From: Chloropicon primus
Lineage: Eukaryota
Reading direction: 5' to 3'
DNA length: 64,000 nucleotides
NCBI GenBank assembly: GCA_023205875.1
Contig: CP060769.1
Location: forward strand, 124,001 to 188,000
Part shown: positions 1-10,464 of the stretch, piece after piece
Layout of the letters: the number at the start of each line of letters is the position of its first letter
Position numbering within the stretch: position 1 is the first letter of the stretch
The notes under the pieces: model-generated
Databases searched by the model: none
What the model saw: the letters and a program-made list of their open reading frames with translations, nothing else
Told to the model about the DNA's origin: nothing
Program-made: the position numbers and the translations under genes

Positions 1-856
1 CGTCATTCGCACCGCACGACCCAGCTTCTTCCGCGCTCCGAAACCCGACTTGGTCGGCTTTAGCACCCACGGGCCGCAGTGGCAGACCTTCCCTCATCGG
101 CGAGGGCTCCGGCGGTGGGCTAGGCCTCATTACTCCCCCTGGCATCCTCCTCCTCGGCGTCTCGTAGTACGCCTTGGCGTTCTTGTCCTGAACCTGATTC
201 TTCGTCCTGAGAACTCGGAGCCTCCTGACACGCATGGCAGGGGACGGCTGGTGCGACACACTCCGCACGAAGCAGTCTCCCTTCTTGGGGCTCGTGCTCG
301 GGGGCCTCACCGCCTCCTCCACCACCGAGGCCTTGCGCTCCTCGAAGTGCGTGAACAGCCCTGCGAGTGGGAAAGCGGAACAGAGGAGGAAAATGAAACG
401 TGCAGAGGTCAGCGGATAGGCCAGCGGACGCGGTGATACCATGGCTCGGAACTTACCGTGCTTGTTGTCTCTAATGATCTCTGGACTGATGAAGGAGAGC
501 TTGCTGCGAGTTTGCTTCCGGCCAGAAACCACCCTGGACGATGCCTTGAAGTTGTTCTTCACGATCTGAGCTTGAGGAGTCTTCGGACTTCTCGGAATCT
601 CCCTCTTGGGCAACGCGGGAAGGCTCGAAGGATCCCAAGATGCCATCTTGGAGGCAGTACCAGTACAAGTACCACCGTGAAGTTGTTGCTGCTGCTTGCG
701 TTGTTGTCGTGTGGAGGTGGAGTCCTCCTCATCCGTCGCGGTGGTGCAATTCCCTCCGATGGTGTCCATGGAGCTTTGTGCGGCGAGCTGCCTCAACCAT
801 GGAGAATTGGTTTCCATCCTCGTTCTCCTCGTCGTGTTGCTCTGTTGGTCTCTCAT
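1..856 (-). CDS. Hypothetical protein, 5' part only (runs off window start); exons 856-457 and 360-<1
   Basis: ATG at 856, with an alternative ATG near 817. The frame is open to a GTAAG donor at 456. After the CAG acceptor at 361 the frame continues (GLFTHFEERK...) with no stop to the window edge. Low-complexity S/P/R-rich sequence; no domain recognised. Confidence 0.6.
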   Translation of the reverse strand, partial: MRDQQSNTTRRTRMETNSPWLRQLAAQSSMDTIGGNCTTATDEEDSTSTRQQRKQQQQLHGGTCTGTASKMASWDPSSLPALPKREIPRSPKTPQAQIVKNNFKASSRVVSGRKQTRSKLSFISPEIIRDNKHGKFRAMVSPRPLAYPLTSARFIFLLCSAFPLAGLFTHFEERKASVVEEAVRPPSTSPKKGDCFVRSVSHQPSPAMRVRRLRVLRTKNQVQDKNAKAYYETPRRRMPGGVMRPSPPPEPSPMREGLPLRPVGAKADQVGFRSAEEAGSCGAND

Positions 857-885
857 CTGTTGGCTCTCATTTTAAATCATGAATC

Positions 886-912
886 AAAAACCTAAAACCC
901 TAAAAACCCTAA
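886..912 (+). promoter_or_regulatory. Telomere-like/telo-box motif cluster (AAAAACCTAAAACCCTAAAAACCCTAA)
   Basis: Three adjacent AAACC(C)TAA units, two of them exact AAACCCTAA telo-boxes, in the divergent intergenic region upstream of RRP40. Confidence 0.5.
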
Positions 913-935
913 TAGTCAATGTCAAAGGAGGAAGG

Positions 936-1377
936 GGCGATCGCGGGCTTGGAGGACGAGGAGGTGACTTTGCGTTCCTCGATCCCGCCCCTGCGTCCAC
1001 CATTGTCCCGTCTTGGCCCTCCCTCGAGAGAGACCCGACCCTCTGGAGCTCTGGATTGAAACGGAGGCCGGAAAGGTCGATGTCACAAAGGAGGAAGGAA
1101 GGGGCTGAGATCGGCGATCGCGGGCTTGGAGGACGAGGAGGTGACTTTGCGTTCCTCGATCCCTCCCCTGCGTCCACCATTGTCCCGTCTTGGCCTTCCC
1201 TCGAGAGAGACCCGACCCTCTGGAGCTCTGGATTGAAACGGAGGCCGGAAAGGTCGATGTCACAAAGGAGGAAGGAAGGGGCTGAGATCGGCGATCGCGG
1301 GCTTGGAGGACGAGGAGGTGACTTTGCGTTCCTCGATCCCTCCCCTGCGTCCACCATTGTCCCGTCTTGGCCTTCCC
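936..1377. repeat. Direct tandem repeat, 177-bp unit, ~2.5 copies (plus degenerate tail to ~1470)
   Basis: GGCGATCGCGGGCTTGGAGGACGAGG starts at 936, 1113 and 1290, and the copies are near-identical. Confidence 0.95.
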
Positions 1378-1464
1378 AATGTCCCACTCCCCGTCTTGGC
1401 CAAGAGCGCCCTCAAGAGAGGCCACGGAAATTTGTCCAAAGGAGGAAGGGGCTTGAGATCGACG

Positions 1465-2298
1465 ATGGCGATGAGCACGGCGGCGGACGGGGGAGGGCCG
1501 AGGAGGTGCGTGCCGGGTGAGGTGGTGGCACAAGTACCTCGAGAGGAACCGGTGACGACGACGGTTCGCCTTGGTAGCGGAACAACGCAAGAGAAAGCAG
1601 ACGGGAAGACCATCCTCATCAGAACGACCAAGGCAGGAGTGCTGAGGCAGACAGGGAAAGCGGCCTCGAAGCGCTACTGGGTGGAGACGAGGCATCAGAG
1701 GTACGTGCCGACAATGGAGGACCTCGTCGTGGGAATCGTATTGGACTGCCACGGTGAGAATTACTCGGTGGACATCGGTGGGCCACAGCATGCTCTACTC
1801 CCGATCCTGGACTTCACCGGTGCCACGAGGAGGAACAGACCCATGCTCGGTTACGGCGATGTGGTGTACGCAAGCGTCTCGCTTGCCGACAGGGACATTG
1901 ACCCCATGGTCACCTGCGTGGAGAAGAACTCGAATCGATCCAAGGGTCTGGGGCCACTCAAGGGGGGCTACGTCGTCAAGGTGGCCACCGGTTTCTCTCG
2001 TGACTTGCTCTCTGGGAGCAACGGCGTGGACGAGGAGGAGGAGGAGGGGCTGGGAACGAGTCCTTCCAATGTCCTGGCTCTTCTCGGGGAGAGTTTGCAG
2101 TACGAGTGCTGTTTGGGAGTGAACGGGTGCCTCTGGGTGAAGGGGGAAACTCACGCGGAGACCTTGCTCATCAAGAACGCAATCCTCAACTCTCAGAACA
2201 TAAGCTTGAGCGATTCGGGTCGAGAGGCGAGGAAGAGGGTGAAGTGGATGATAGAGGAGCTGTTGAAGAAGCACAATGCGAGTACTGTCGAGGACTAG
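1465..2298 (+). CDS. RRP40: Exosome complex component RRP40 (EXOSC3)
   Basis: RYVPTMEDLVVGIV, YSVDIGG..ALL..LDFTGATRRNRP.L..GDVVYA (S1 domain) and a KH-like GVNG.LWV segment. The first ATG is at 1465; the ORF-track start at 1303 is TTG inside the repeat. Confidence 0.92.
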   Translation: MAMSTAADGGGPRRCVPGEVVAQVPREEPVTTTVRLGSGTTQEKADGKTILIRTTKAGVLRQTGKAASKRYWVETRHQRYVPTMEDLVVGIVLDCHGENYSVDIGGPQHALLPILDFTGATRRNRPMLGYGDVVYASVSLADRDIDPMVTCVEKNSNRSKGLGPLKGGYVVKVATGFSRDLLSGSNGVDEEEEEGLGTSPSNVLALLGESLQYECCLGVNGCLWVKGETHAETLLIKNAILNSQNISLSDSGREARKRVKWMIEELLKKHNASTVED

Positions 2299-2458
2299 GC
2301 AGTGGCCGGACCCCCGCCCCTCCCTTGTACACATTTGCCTACAATTACATGTTCCCCTTTATATAAATAAGAGTTAAACCACCGACGTCTTCGCTTCGTT
2401 GGCTTGGGGGTGCGCTTGTACCATAAAAGTTATCTAAAGCAAATTTGAGCTTTCTCAA

Positions 2459-2839
2459 TCAGCTCTGTGCCTTGGCCTGTGCTTTCGCTTTCTTCGCCGT
2501 CCTCTTCTCCGTCGCCTGAGCCATCCGGATGGCTCTCTCCTTGGCTTTCGCCACCCTCAGCCTCAGCGCCTGCATGTCCTTCGCGCACTGCTGCGCTTTC
2601 TGCGCGTAATGAGGCACCAGGTCCATGGTGGCCTTGAGGTCCATCGATTGACTCCCTCCGAGGTCACACCACTTCAGCTCCTCTTTCGCTTCCGTCACAA
2701 TCTGGAGAACTCGTTCTTGTTGCTTCCTCACCTCCACGACGGATTTGTTGATTCTTTCGATGTTGGGCACGTAAGGCTCCACCAGAATGCGAGCAAAGGA
2801 CTCGCCCGATGGAGGCTCTTCCTCCTTGCACGCCGCCAT
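2459..2839 (-). CDS. Snapin/pallidin-family coiled-coil protein, most like BLOC-1 subunit 6 (pallidin)
   Basis: 126-aa helical protein. The pattern YVP.IER..KSV.EVRKQQ..VL...HYAQK....KDM..LR.RV.KAKERA.RM resembles pallidin as I recall it. Confidence 0.6.
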   Translation of the reverse strand: MAACKEEEPPSGESFARILVEPYVPNIERINKSVVEVRKQQERVLQIVTEAKEELKWCDLGGSQSMDLKATMDLVPHYAQKAQQCAKDMQALRLRVAKAKERAIRMAQATEKRTAKKAKAQAKAQS

Positions 2840-3471
2840 CGTCGCCAGTCAGCCTGCTTGCCCGTCCTCTCCACTTCAAGCAAGCTGCACTTCTTCAGAC
2901 ACCTTCACGCCTCCTTCCGTGCGACCAAGTCGTCCAGCTCGCCAATGGAAAGATGCCGATACGCAATTTCGTCCCCCTGTCCTCTCCCTTGCCACTCTCC
3001 CCACCTTGGCGGACCTCACCGCGGCATCGATGCCCTTCCCCTCCTCGTCGTCGAGGTCTCCAGTTGATCCCGCTCTCGCCCACGAACTCGAGGCACCCCG
3101 AAGACCAAAACGGATTAAGCGACCGTCCTATCGAAAGATCTCGAACTTCTCTTTCGTCCCGAACCGTTTCTCCCCCTTCCCCTCCCCTTCTACCCTCTCC
3201 TTACCGTCGCTCTCTGCCTTTCACCCACACGAATGATCCCCTCCCTCTCGGCACCACTTCATGCACTTGTACTCGGTCACTCCGGTCGCCAAATGAGTCA
3301 ACCAAGGTACCAACGGAAAGCCCGTGAGATGATTCTTCTCCCAGCAACGCTCTCCAACCCTCCACCTCTCTTCCTCGGCCTCCACTCGGCCCAACGCACC
3401 TCCCTCTCTCTCTCTGAGATGCTGCTCTGCTGCTGGAGGATTTTGTGATTCTCAACAGAAAACCTAAAACG

Positions 3472-4144
3472 ATGGCGCAGCAGCAGCAGGGGACGAGTGC
3501 CCAGGACGGTTCGCTCATCGCGTTAATAGGCGACGAGGTGAGGCACGGGAGACGACGCGACCGAGTCTTCCTCCCCTCCTCTTCACTCCACTCCTTTCCA
3601 AAAAAAAAGAAAGAAAAAGAAAACTGACCACGAACAAACCAAACTCCTTCCCCAATGATAATGATATATATATCTATCTGGCTTTAGGATACTGTGACCG
3701 GGTTCCTCTTGGCCGGCGTAGGGCACAAGGACTTCCGTCAGAACACGAACTACCTCATCGTGGATTCGAGTAAGTGGCTGGACTCGCAGGGGGTTCATCT
3801 TTCGCCAACCCAACTGCAGAGTTGTTGCTCTCCTCCTCCCCTCTCTCTCTCTCTCTCTTGTCTGACAGGATGCCCCTCTCTCTCTCTCTCTCTCTCTCTT
3901 TCTCTGTGGATCGATAGAAACGACGACGAAGGAGATCGAGTCAACGTTTTTGAGCTTCTCGCAGCGCACGGACGTTGCCATCATCATCATCGCGCAGAAC
4001 GTGGCGAATGAGATAAGGCACCTTATCGAACGGTATGACAAGGCCATTCCAGCGATTTTGGAGATTCCGGCCAAGGACCAGCCGTATGACCCAAGCCAGG
4101 ACACCATGCTCACCCGTGTGAAGACCCTGCTTGGCATCCAGTAG
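3472..4144 (+). CDS. VHA-F: V-type H+-ATPase subunit F; exons 3472-3537, 3688-3769, 3918-4144
   Basis: Spliced product is LIALIGDE|DTVTGFLLAGVG...NYLIVDS|KTT...IPAILEIPAKDQPYDP. Both GT-AG introns keep the frame. Confidence 0.95.
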
Positions 4145-4266
4145 GTGGTGGATGGGCCTGTCACTCTTTGTCATGTACAATAGACTTGTTTTCGATCGCA
4201 ACCCTTGCGGCCGTTCCTCGTCGGCAGCTGTTTCGCTCTCGAAGGGAAGAGGGCAGGAAGAATAAA

Positions 4267-6079
4267 TTACAGCCGAAGAGTTGCAAGCAACTCGCTTACG
4301 AGCACACGCGTGTAACGTGCGCTCTCCTTCTCCACTTTCTTCAGCTTTTTCATGGAATCCTTCAAGAAGTTTGTCAGGCGCCTTTGAAGGTCTTCGTCGG
4401 TCTCCAGCACGGTTTTGCCATCGACTGTGCCAAAGAGAGAGAGAGAGAGATGCGGGCAAGAGAGAAACGTGTCAGCGCGGCGAGTCAAGACAAGAGCAAG
4501 AGCAAGAGCCAATTCACTCACCGTGCGAAGGAAGGCAAGACAGGAACAGGTCGAGCATCTTCACCATGTCGTGGAGCCCCCAGAGCCCATGCTTCCCGCC
4601 CACGCTGTGATTCAGGGCTTGATCCAGGTCGCCTTCCAGGATTTGCCTCTCGAGCTCCTCGAGAGACTCTGCTGGAATGGGCCGGGGGCGGGCCGCGAGA
4701 GTGCAAATGTCGTCCCACAGGTAATGGCCTATCAGGCTGAGTGCGTGCCTGCTGACGTCGGGGCCGTGGTTTGCTGCACTTTCAAAGTAGATGTCCCTCA
4801 CTACGCGTCTGAGAGCGTAGTGGGCGCTCGAGCACTTGAGGCCGATCGCCTCATCTGTGTTCTCCCCCTCGCCCCAGGTCCTCCGGTGGGCGCCCATGAA
4901 GTGCTTGTAGACCACTCTCAGGGTGGGAAACCCATCGATTTGGCTCAGCATTTGACAGATGATAGCGAGGCCAAGATCGTAGACCATCCCGCCCGGGCTG
5001 CTTGCGCAGACTTGTGTCAGGTAGTAAATCACTTCCGCAACTTTTTGGGGGCTCTCGGAGTAATTCACGCCGCCTTGCTCTTTTCGTCTCACCAACGAAG
5101 CGTGCAAGATGTTCAGAGTGCTCAGCATCACCAGTGAGTTGTTCCCGCTGCAGCTGAGGCATCCCTTCAGCTGCCTCGTCGCCTTCTCCGTCAGGAGAGT
5201 CGAGGGGGACTTCGAGTCCTTGGACTCCTCCTCGATCCCGCCGGTGGATGCGGAGGAGCAAAGGTTCTTCGAGGCAAAGTGGCCGGCGAAGACGTCCTCT
5301 GACTCCTCCTCGTGCCCACCACACAGTTTCTCTAACCACAGTAGCCTCCCGCCGTCCGGGCCAGCCCCGGAGGACGAGGGGGAGCCCAGGGTGCGGAGGT
5401 TGCCGTTCAGCCACCGGCCGCTCAGAAGCTCGTCCGTCAGGAGGTCCTGGCACTCCACAAGGTCGATTCCGAAATCCTCGCAAGCATCTGAGCACAGCTT
5501 CAGCTCCTGGACTGTGCTGCCCGCCCTCGATTCGCCGGAGCTCCCCTCGCTGCGAAACGCGCCCTCGCAGGCCTTGGCAAAGTCGGCCAGATCCAAGAAC
5601 AGAACAGGCTCCTGGTCCTCGTTCTCGGCCGTCCCAATGTCCTTCCATATCTGCTTCGCGAGCGCGTCCATCTTCGACGCCGCCACGAGGTCGCTCTGGA
5701 TCTTCGCCTTCTCCTCGTACCGCCTCTGGACCTCCTCCTCGTCCTCCGCTCCGCCCTTCGCCCCCTGCTCCCTCTTGAGCTTGCTCAGCCTCTCCTGCGT
5801 TTTCTCCTGCAGAACCTTCCTCCTCTGCCGGTGCTCGAGGATGGACTCCACGCTGAACCTCCCCGCCGGCTTCCGCTTCTTCCCCAACCTCCCAACACCA
5901 CCATGCCCCTTCGCTCCTCCTCCCATCCCTTCGCAGGCATCACTGCTGGATGCCTTGGCCTTTGTCGTTTTGGCGTCGCCCCCGAGGACGCGGGAAACGA
6001 CACAGCCGTGCTTGGACTTGGCAGCATCGAAGGGGGACTCCAAGTCGAAGTTCAGGTCGTCCAGGTCGTCCTCCACCAT
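4267..6079 (-). CDS. Hypothetical protein (basic putative NLS, helical C-terminal half); exons 6079-4522, 4424-4267
   Basis: A 521-codon ORF joins through a GTGAG donor at 4521 and a CAG acceptor at 4425, in frame, to VDGKTVLETDEDLQRR...LRL*. Contains a KKRK motif. Confidence 0.75.
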
Positions 6080-6181
6080 CGCCCTCGCCCTCCTCGCCCT
6101 TGCGCAGAGCGGATCCCTTCGTCGTCCGCTTCCGTGGCGGGAAGATGGATGGTGATCTGTTTGGCGGGAAGATGGTGATCA

Positions 6182-6217
<36 letters not shown>

Positions 6218-6615
6218 GGCGGTGATGAGGATCAGGATGAGGATTAAGGGAGAGATAAGATCCTCTCTCTCTCTCTCTCTCTTGAAGCCCCTGTGTCAGC
6301 TTCTGTCCGCTTGATCATCCATGAGCTCAATCACAGAGAGTGAGTGAGTGAGTGAGTGGTTTGCGTCTTGTGTGTGAACCAATCAATCAATCAATTATCC
6401 TCTGATTCCTTTCTCCCATCAAGTGTGAGGCTCTACGGAAAATAGCAGGAGGAAGGAATCACAACATAGGTGGAGGCCATCACGATCCCTCCTCTCCTCC
6501 AGCATGGTAATATAGGGATGGATGGAGGCAAGGGAAAGGCATTGGGAGGGGATACACGACAGCGCGCACACCTTGATTATAACTGCACATAGTGTTGCTT
6601 GTCGATATCTTCTTG

Positions 6616-8106
6616 TTAGAACATCTTGTTCAGGATTGGCAGCTTGCGCACGTAGAAGCCAAGCGGCCAACATACAATCTGACCAACAACGAAGAGGAAG
6701 GCCCAGCCGTACCAGACAGAGCTCTCCGAGAGCGCCGCGATGTTGCCGTCGTCCTTTATCGTGAGGAAAACCATGCCTTTGAAAACGATGTGAGTACCCG
6801 CGGCCTTGAGGATCTCGATGAGAGTGATCATCACGACGTTCAGGGGCAGGAACTGGATGACGTACACGATGTACGCCGACGCACCGGCGTTGCGCACGAG
6901 CTTGCTCTGTGGACTTGCGTTGAAGTGCTGGTGGAACAGCTGGATCATGGCGAGGGTCATGACCACGGCAAAGGCTGGCGGAGCCAATTGCGATGCCAGT
7001 ATCACATCGATGTGAAGGTTCTTTATGGGGATGGTAAACTTGCCCACGGCAACGAAGTACAATCCCCAAAAGCCTACCGTGATGACACGCAACGTCCAGA
7101 CCACCCAGGTCTTCATCTCCTCCACGCTCTTCAACCAGTCGTTGCGGCCACCGAGCACTCCCGCCGCGAAGAAGGGAATGTACATGGCTATGCCGTACGT
7201 CCACATGTTCATGCCTCCCAAGTTGTTCCACTTGCCCCCCGTGCCGAAAGCTTGAGCTCCAAACTTTTTGCTGAGTCCATAGAACCCACCGCCAAGACCC
7301 ATGCCGATCACCAGCAAGACAAACGGGTGAGGCATGCCGAGCTTCACCTTGGGCGTGAACTGGGCGACGACGGCGTACGCGATGCTGAAGTTCAGCAGCC
7401 ACAGGATGAACCAGCAAACGCCTGGATCATAACGGTAGTGTCGATCCACTCCCGCGTAAGCTTGCTCGAACAAATCAGCAAGAGGACCAACCAGCGTGGA
7501 CCAAAGCAAGAAAGGCCCTCCGAGTCGAACGATCTTGTCCGCGACAAAGGCCCTGAACCCCTTGCGGTCCAAGCTCTTTGGGCAAAAGTATCCGGATATG
7601 AGGAAGAAGGCGGCCATGAAGTAGCTTTGGTTGATCGACAGAATCCACTGCGTAATGGTAACGAAAGGTTTCTGGTTCGCTGGATCGATGATCAGGGTCT
7701 GGATGCCTTGACCTTCATTGAAGAACATGCACATGGTGTGGTGCGTGACAACAACGAACGTGAGGAAAGTTTTCATGTTCGTTAAGTAAATCACCTCACG
7801 CTTCACCGCGGGCTGGGCGTCATCGACGACGACGACCTCGATGCCAGCAGCAGGTGCTCCTCCTTCGTCCCGCCTCTGTCCAGCAGCACCGGCAGCGCCG
7901 AGAAGGGACCGCTTCTCCCCAGTTGATGTTTCATCCTCCTTTCTCCGAGGCCAAAGGACACAAAACAGGCCAAGCAAGCCAAACAGGGCAAAGTTCACTG
8001 CATTGAAGTACGCCGAGTCCTTGGTTACTTTGGTATCACCGGGATGAGCATACCTCCAGCCTGCCAGACCGAGGAACAAAACCGATATCACCGTGGTAAG
8101 CCACAT
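6616..8106 (-). CDS. Acyltransferase family 3 (OafA/OpgC-like) membrane protein, copy 1 (most divergent)
   Basis: K-X10-H motif (MKTFLTFVVVTHH), FFLISGYF and KIVRL, with more than 10 hydrophobic helices. ATG at 8106 gives MWLTT as in the paralogs. Confidence 0.88.
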   Translation of the reverse strand: MWLTTVISVLFLGLAGWRYAHPGDTKVTKDSAYFNAVNFALFGLLGLFCVLWPRRKEDETSTGEKRSLLGAAGAAGQRRDEGGAPAAGIEVVVVDDAQPAVKREVIYLTNMKTFLTFVVVTHHTMCMFFNEGQGIQTLIIDPANQKPFVTITQWILSINQSYFMAAFFLISGYFCPKSLDRKGFRAFVADKIVRLGGPFLLWSTLVGPLADLFEQAYAGVDRHYRYDPGVCWFILWLLNFSIAYAVVAQFTPKVKLGMPHPFVLLVIGMGLGGGFYGLSKKFGAQAFGTGGKWNNLGGMNMWTYGIAMYIPFFAAGVLGGRNDWLKSVEEMKTWVVWTLRVITVGFWGLYFVAVGKFTIPIKNLHIDVILASQLAPPAFAVVMTLAMIQLFHQHFNASPQSKLVRNAGASAYIVYVIQFLPLNVVMITLIEILKAAGTHIVFKGMVFLTIKDDGNIAALSESSVWYGWAFLFVVGQIVCWPLGFYVRKLPILNKMF

Positions 8107-8560
8107 CTTGTGCAACCCACCCAATGGTGTTCGTCTTGGATAGATAGATATCCCTAGTCCCTAGACTTTGACGTGTCGATAGAAGTTGGTCTCGATGATA
8201 TGCTTGTGTTCGCAGATGGCAAGGATAGGACAACGTGGGGATTCACCAGTGCCCCATTGCTTTGCAGCCACCCTGGAACAGGATCTGTCTTCGCTTTGTT
8301 GCTCACCGAAACGAACCGGGAGAAAAGTGAGAAGAGCAAAGCGGAAGAAAAGTGTCCACGGGATCAGGACACGTCGGATGCTGACGGTTCACGCTCGGAT
8401 TGGGGGGGAAGGGGGGTGATGGAGGCTTCGATGGGACGTGAAGGGATGGGATGGGGTGGGATGCCATGTAATGCAGGTGGCAAGCATCGTCCCTTCTTCT
8501 TCTTCTTCTTCTTCATCAAAGAAACAATGGGTTTGTTATTAATACACAGTTAGTAACGTT

Positions 8561-10126
8561 TTAAAACATCTTGTTCAGGATCGGCAGCTTGCGGGCGAAG
8601 AAGCCGAGCGGCCAAACGATGAGTTGAGTCAGGACGAAGACCAGTGCCCAGCCGCCCCAGATCCAGCCGTCCGAGAGCGGAGCGGGCTTGCCATCGGGAC
8701 CGACCGCGAAGAACAGCGTGCCCTCAAACACGATCGGCACGCCCGCGGCCTTGAGAATCTCGACGAAAATAATCATGCTCGTCAACATGGGCCAGAACTG
8801 GATGACGTACACGATGTACGCCGAGGCACCGGCGTTGCGCATGAACTGGCTCTGTGGAGTTGCGTTGAAGTACTGGTGGAACAGCTGCATGATCGCAAGC
8901 GTCATGGCCACGGCATACACTGGCGGAATGAAGTCCAGGACTGCAAACGTGATGTGCACCCCCGGGATCGGCAAAGCATGAGCATTGACGTACAGGAAAA
9001 TCAGGATCCAGAATCCCACGACAATGACACGCAACGTCCAGACCACCCAGGCCTTCATCTCCTCCACGCTCTTCAACCAGTCGTTGCGGCCACCGAGCAC
9101 TCCCGCCGCGAAGAAGGGAATGTACATCGAGGCGCCGTAATTCCACATGTTCATGCCTCCCAAGTGATTCCACGGTCCGATGGCCTTGCTGATGGCGTAA
9201 AAGATCCCGCACAGAGGCATGCCGATCACCAGCAAGACGAACGGGTGAGGCATGCCGACCTTCACCTTGGGCGCGAACTGGGCGACGACGGCGTACGCGA
9301 TGCTGAAGTTCAGCAGCCACAGGATGAACCAGCAGGTTCCCGCCTGGTACATGTACTCGTACGAGAGAGGATATCCGAGGTAGGCCTGCAGCACTAGTAT
9401 ATAAAGAGGGCCGAGCAGTACCATCCAGAGCATCAGAGGTCCTCCGAGTCGAACGATCTTGTCCGCGACAAAGGCCCTGAACCCCTTGCGGTCCAAGCTC
9501 TTTGGGCAAAAGTATCCGGATATAAGGAAGAAGGCGGCCATGAAGTAGCTTTGGTTGATCGAAAGGAACCACTGACCTCCAAAGAAAAAGTTCCTGACCT
9601 TGGCGTAACCGTCGATGCCATACCCAGGGTTATTGTTACCGATATCTTCCGTATAGAAAGTAGAGGTCTGGATGGGGGCAGCTTGGTTCATGAACGAACC
9701 GACGGTGTGGTGCGTAACGACGATGAAGGTGAGGAACGTCTTCAAGTTCGTCAAGTAAGTCACCTGACGCTTGACGGCGGGCTTGGGGTCAACGACGACG
9801 TCGGCTGGAGCAGATGCATCATCCTCGCCACCCTTCTTGCCGCCGCCATCGGGGTTGGTCTCGACGACGACGGCAACGGTCTCCTTCTCACCGGCGGGTG
9901 CCTCGGCGCACTCATCCTTGCTCCGGCAATGGAAGAGGCTCGCTATGGCGGGCCAGTGGACGCAGCACAGGCCAAACAAGCCTATCAGCACGAAGTTCGC
10001 ACCATTAAAGTATGCAGTTGCTATCTCTTGTGTGGAACCAAACGGAGAACCGACAGGGACAGGAATCGCGAACCTCCAGGCCGCCACGCCAAAGTACAAG
10101 ATCGAAACCAGCGTGGTGAGCCACAT
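8561..10126 (-). CDS. Acyltransferase family 3 membrane protein, copy 2
   Basis: 521-aa uninterrupted ORF with the same AT3 motifs. Confidence 0.9.
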   Translation of the reverse strand: MWLTTLVSILYFGVAAWRFAIPVPVGSPFGSTQEIATAYFNGANFVLIGLFGLCCVHWPAIASLFHCRSKDECAEAPAGEKETVAVVVETNPDGGGKKGGEDDASAPADVVVDPKPAVKRQVTYLTNLKTFLTFIVVTHHTVGSFMNQAAPIQTSTFYTEDIGNNNPGYGIDGYAKVRNFFFGGQWFLSINQSYFMAAFFLISGYFCPKSLDRKGFRAFVADKIVRLGGPLMLWMVLLGPLYILVLQAYLGYPLSYEYMYQAGTCWFILWLLNFSIAYAVVAQFAPKVKVGMPHPFVLLVIGMPLCGIFYAISKAIGPWNHLGGMNMWNYGASMYIPFFAAGVLGGRNDWLKSVEEMKAWVVWTLRVIVVGFWILIFLYVNAHALPIPGVHITFAVLDFIPPVYAVAMTLAIMQLFHQYFNATPQSQFMRNAGASAYIVYVIQFWPMLTSMIIFVEILKAAGVPIVFEGTLFFAVGPDGKPAPLSDGWIWGGWALVFVLTQLIVWPLGFFARKLPILNKMF

Positions 10127-10464
10127 GACGACGACGACGACAACTAGAGCAGGCGCCGAGACGATCTCTTCTTTTGTTGCCGTACGGGAGACGTTTCTCG
10201 TTCTCTCCTCTCGCTCCTCCTTTTTGGGTCATCTCCAGCTCCCCCCGCATGCTCGTGATTTCAGGGTCACGGAGGAGGATCTCCTGAAATCACTCGCCGC
10301 TCACTTCACTTCTGAAGGAGAAGGAGGAGGCAGTGACCAAGAGCTTGGGGAGGGACACATGACAAGGGTTGCGGACCATTGTACTGGAACTGATCATAAC
10401 AATACTGGTAATTTTGATCAATATGTATATATACAAGGTCTCTCTCTCTCTCTCTTGTAACGTT

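Noticed and set aside
936..1377. Possible CRISPR-like array
   Set aside because: The units are contiguous and near-identical with no unique spacers, there are no cas genes, and the context is eukaryotic.
879..1520. 213-aa ORF (and antisense ORFs) across the 177-bp repeat
   Set aside because: It is open mainly because the unit is a stop-free multiple of 3. It overlaps the RRP40 start out of frame and has no recognisable domain.
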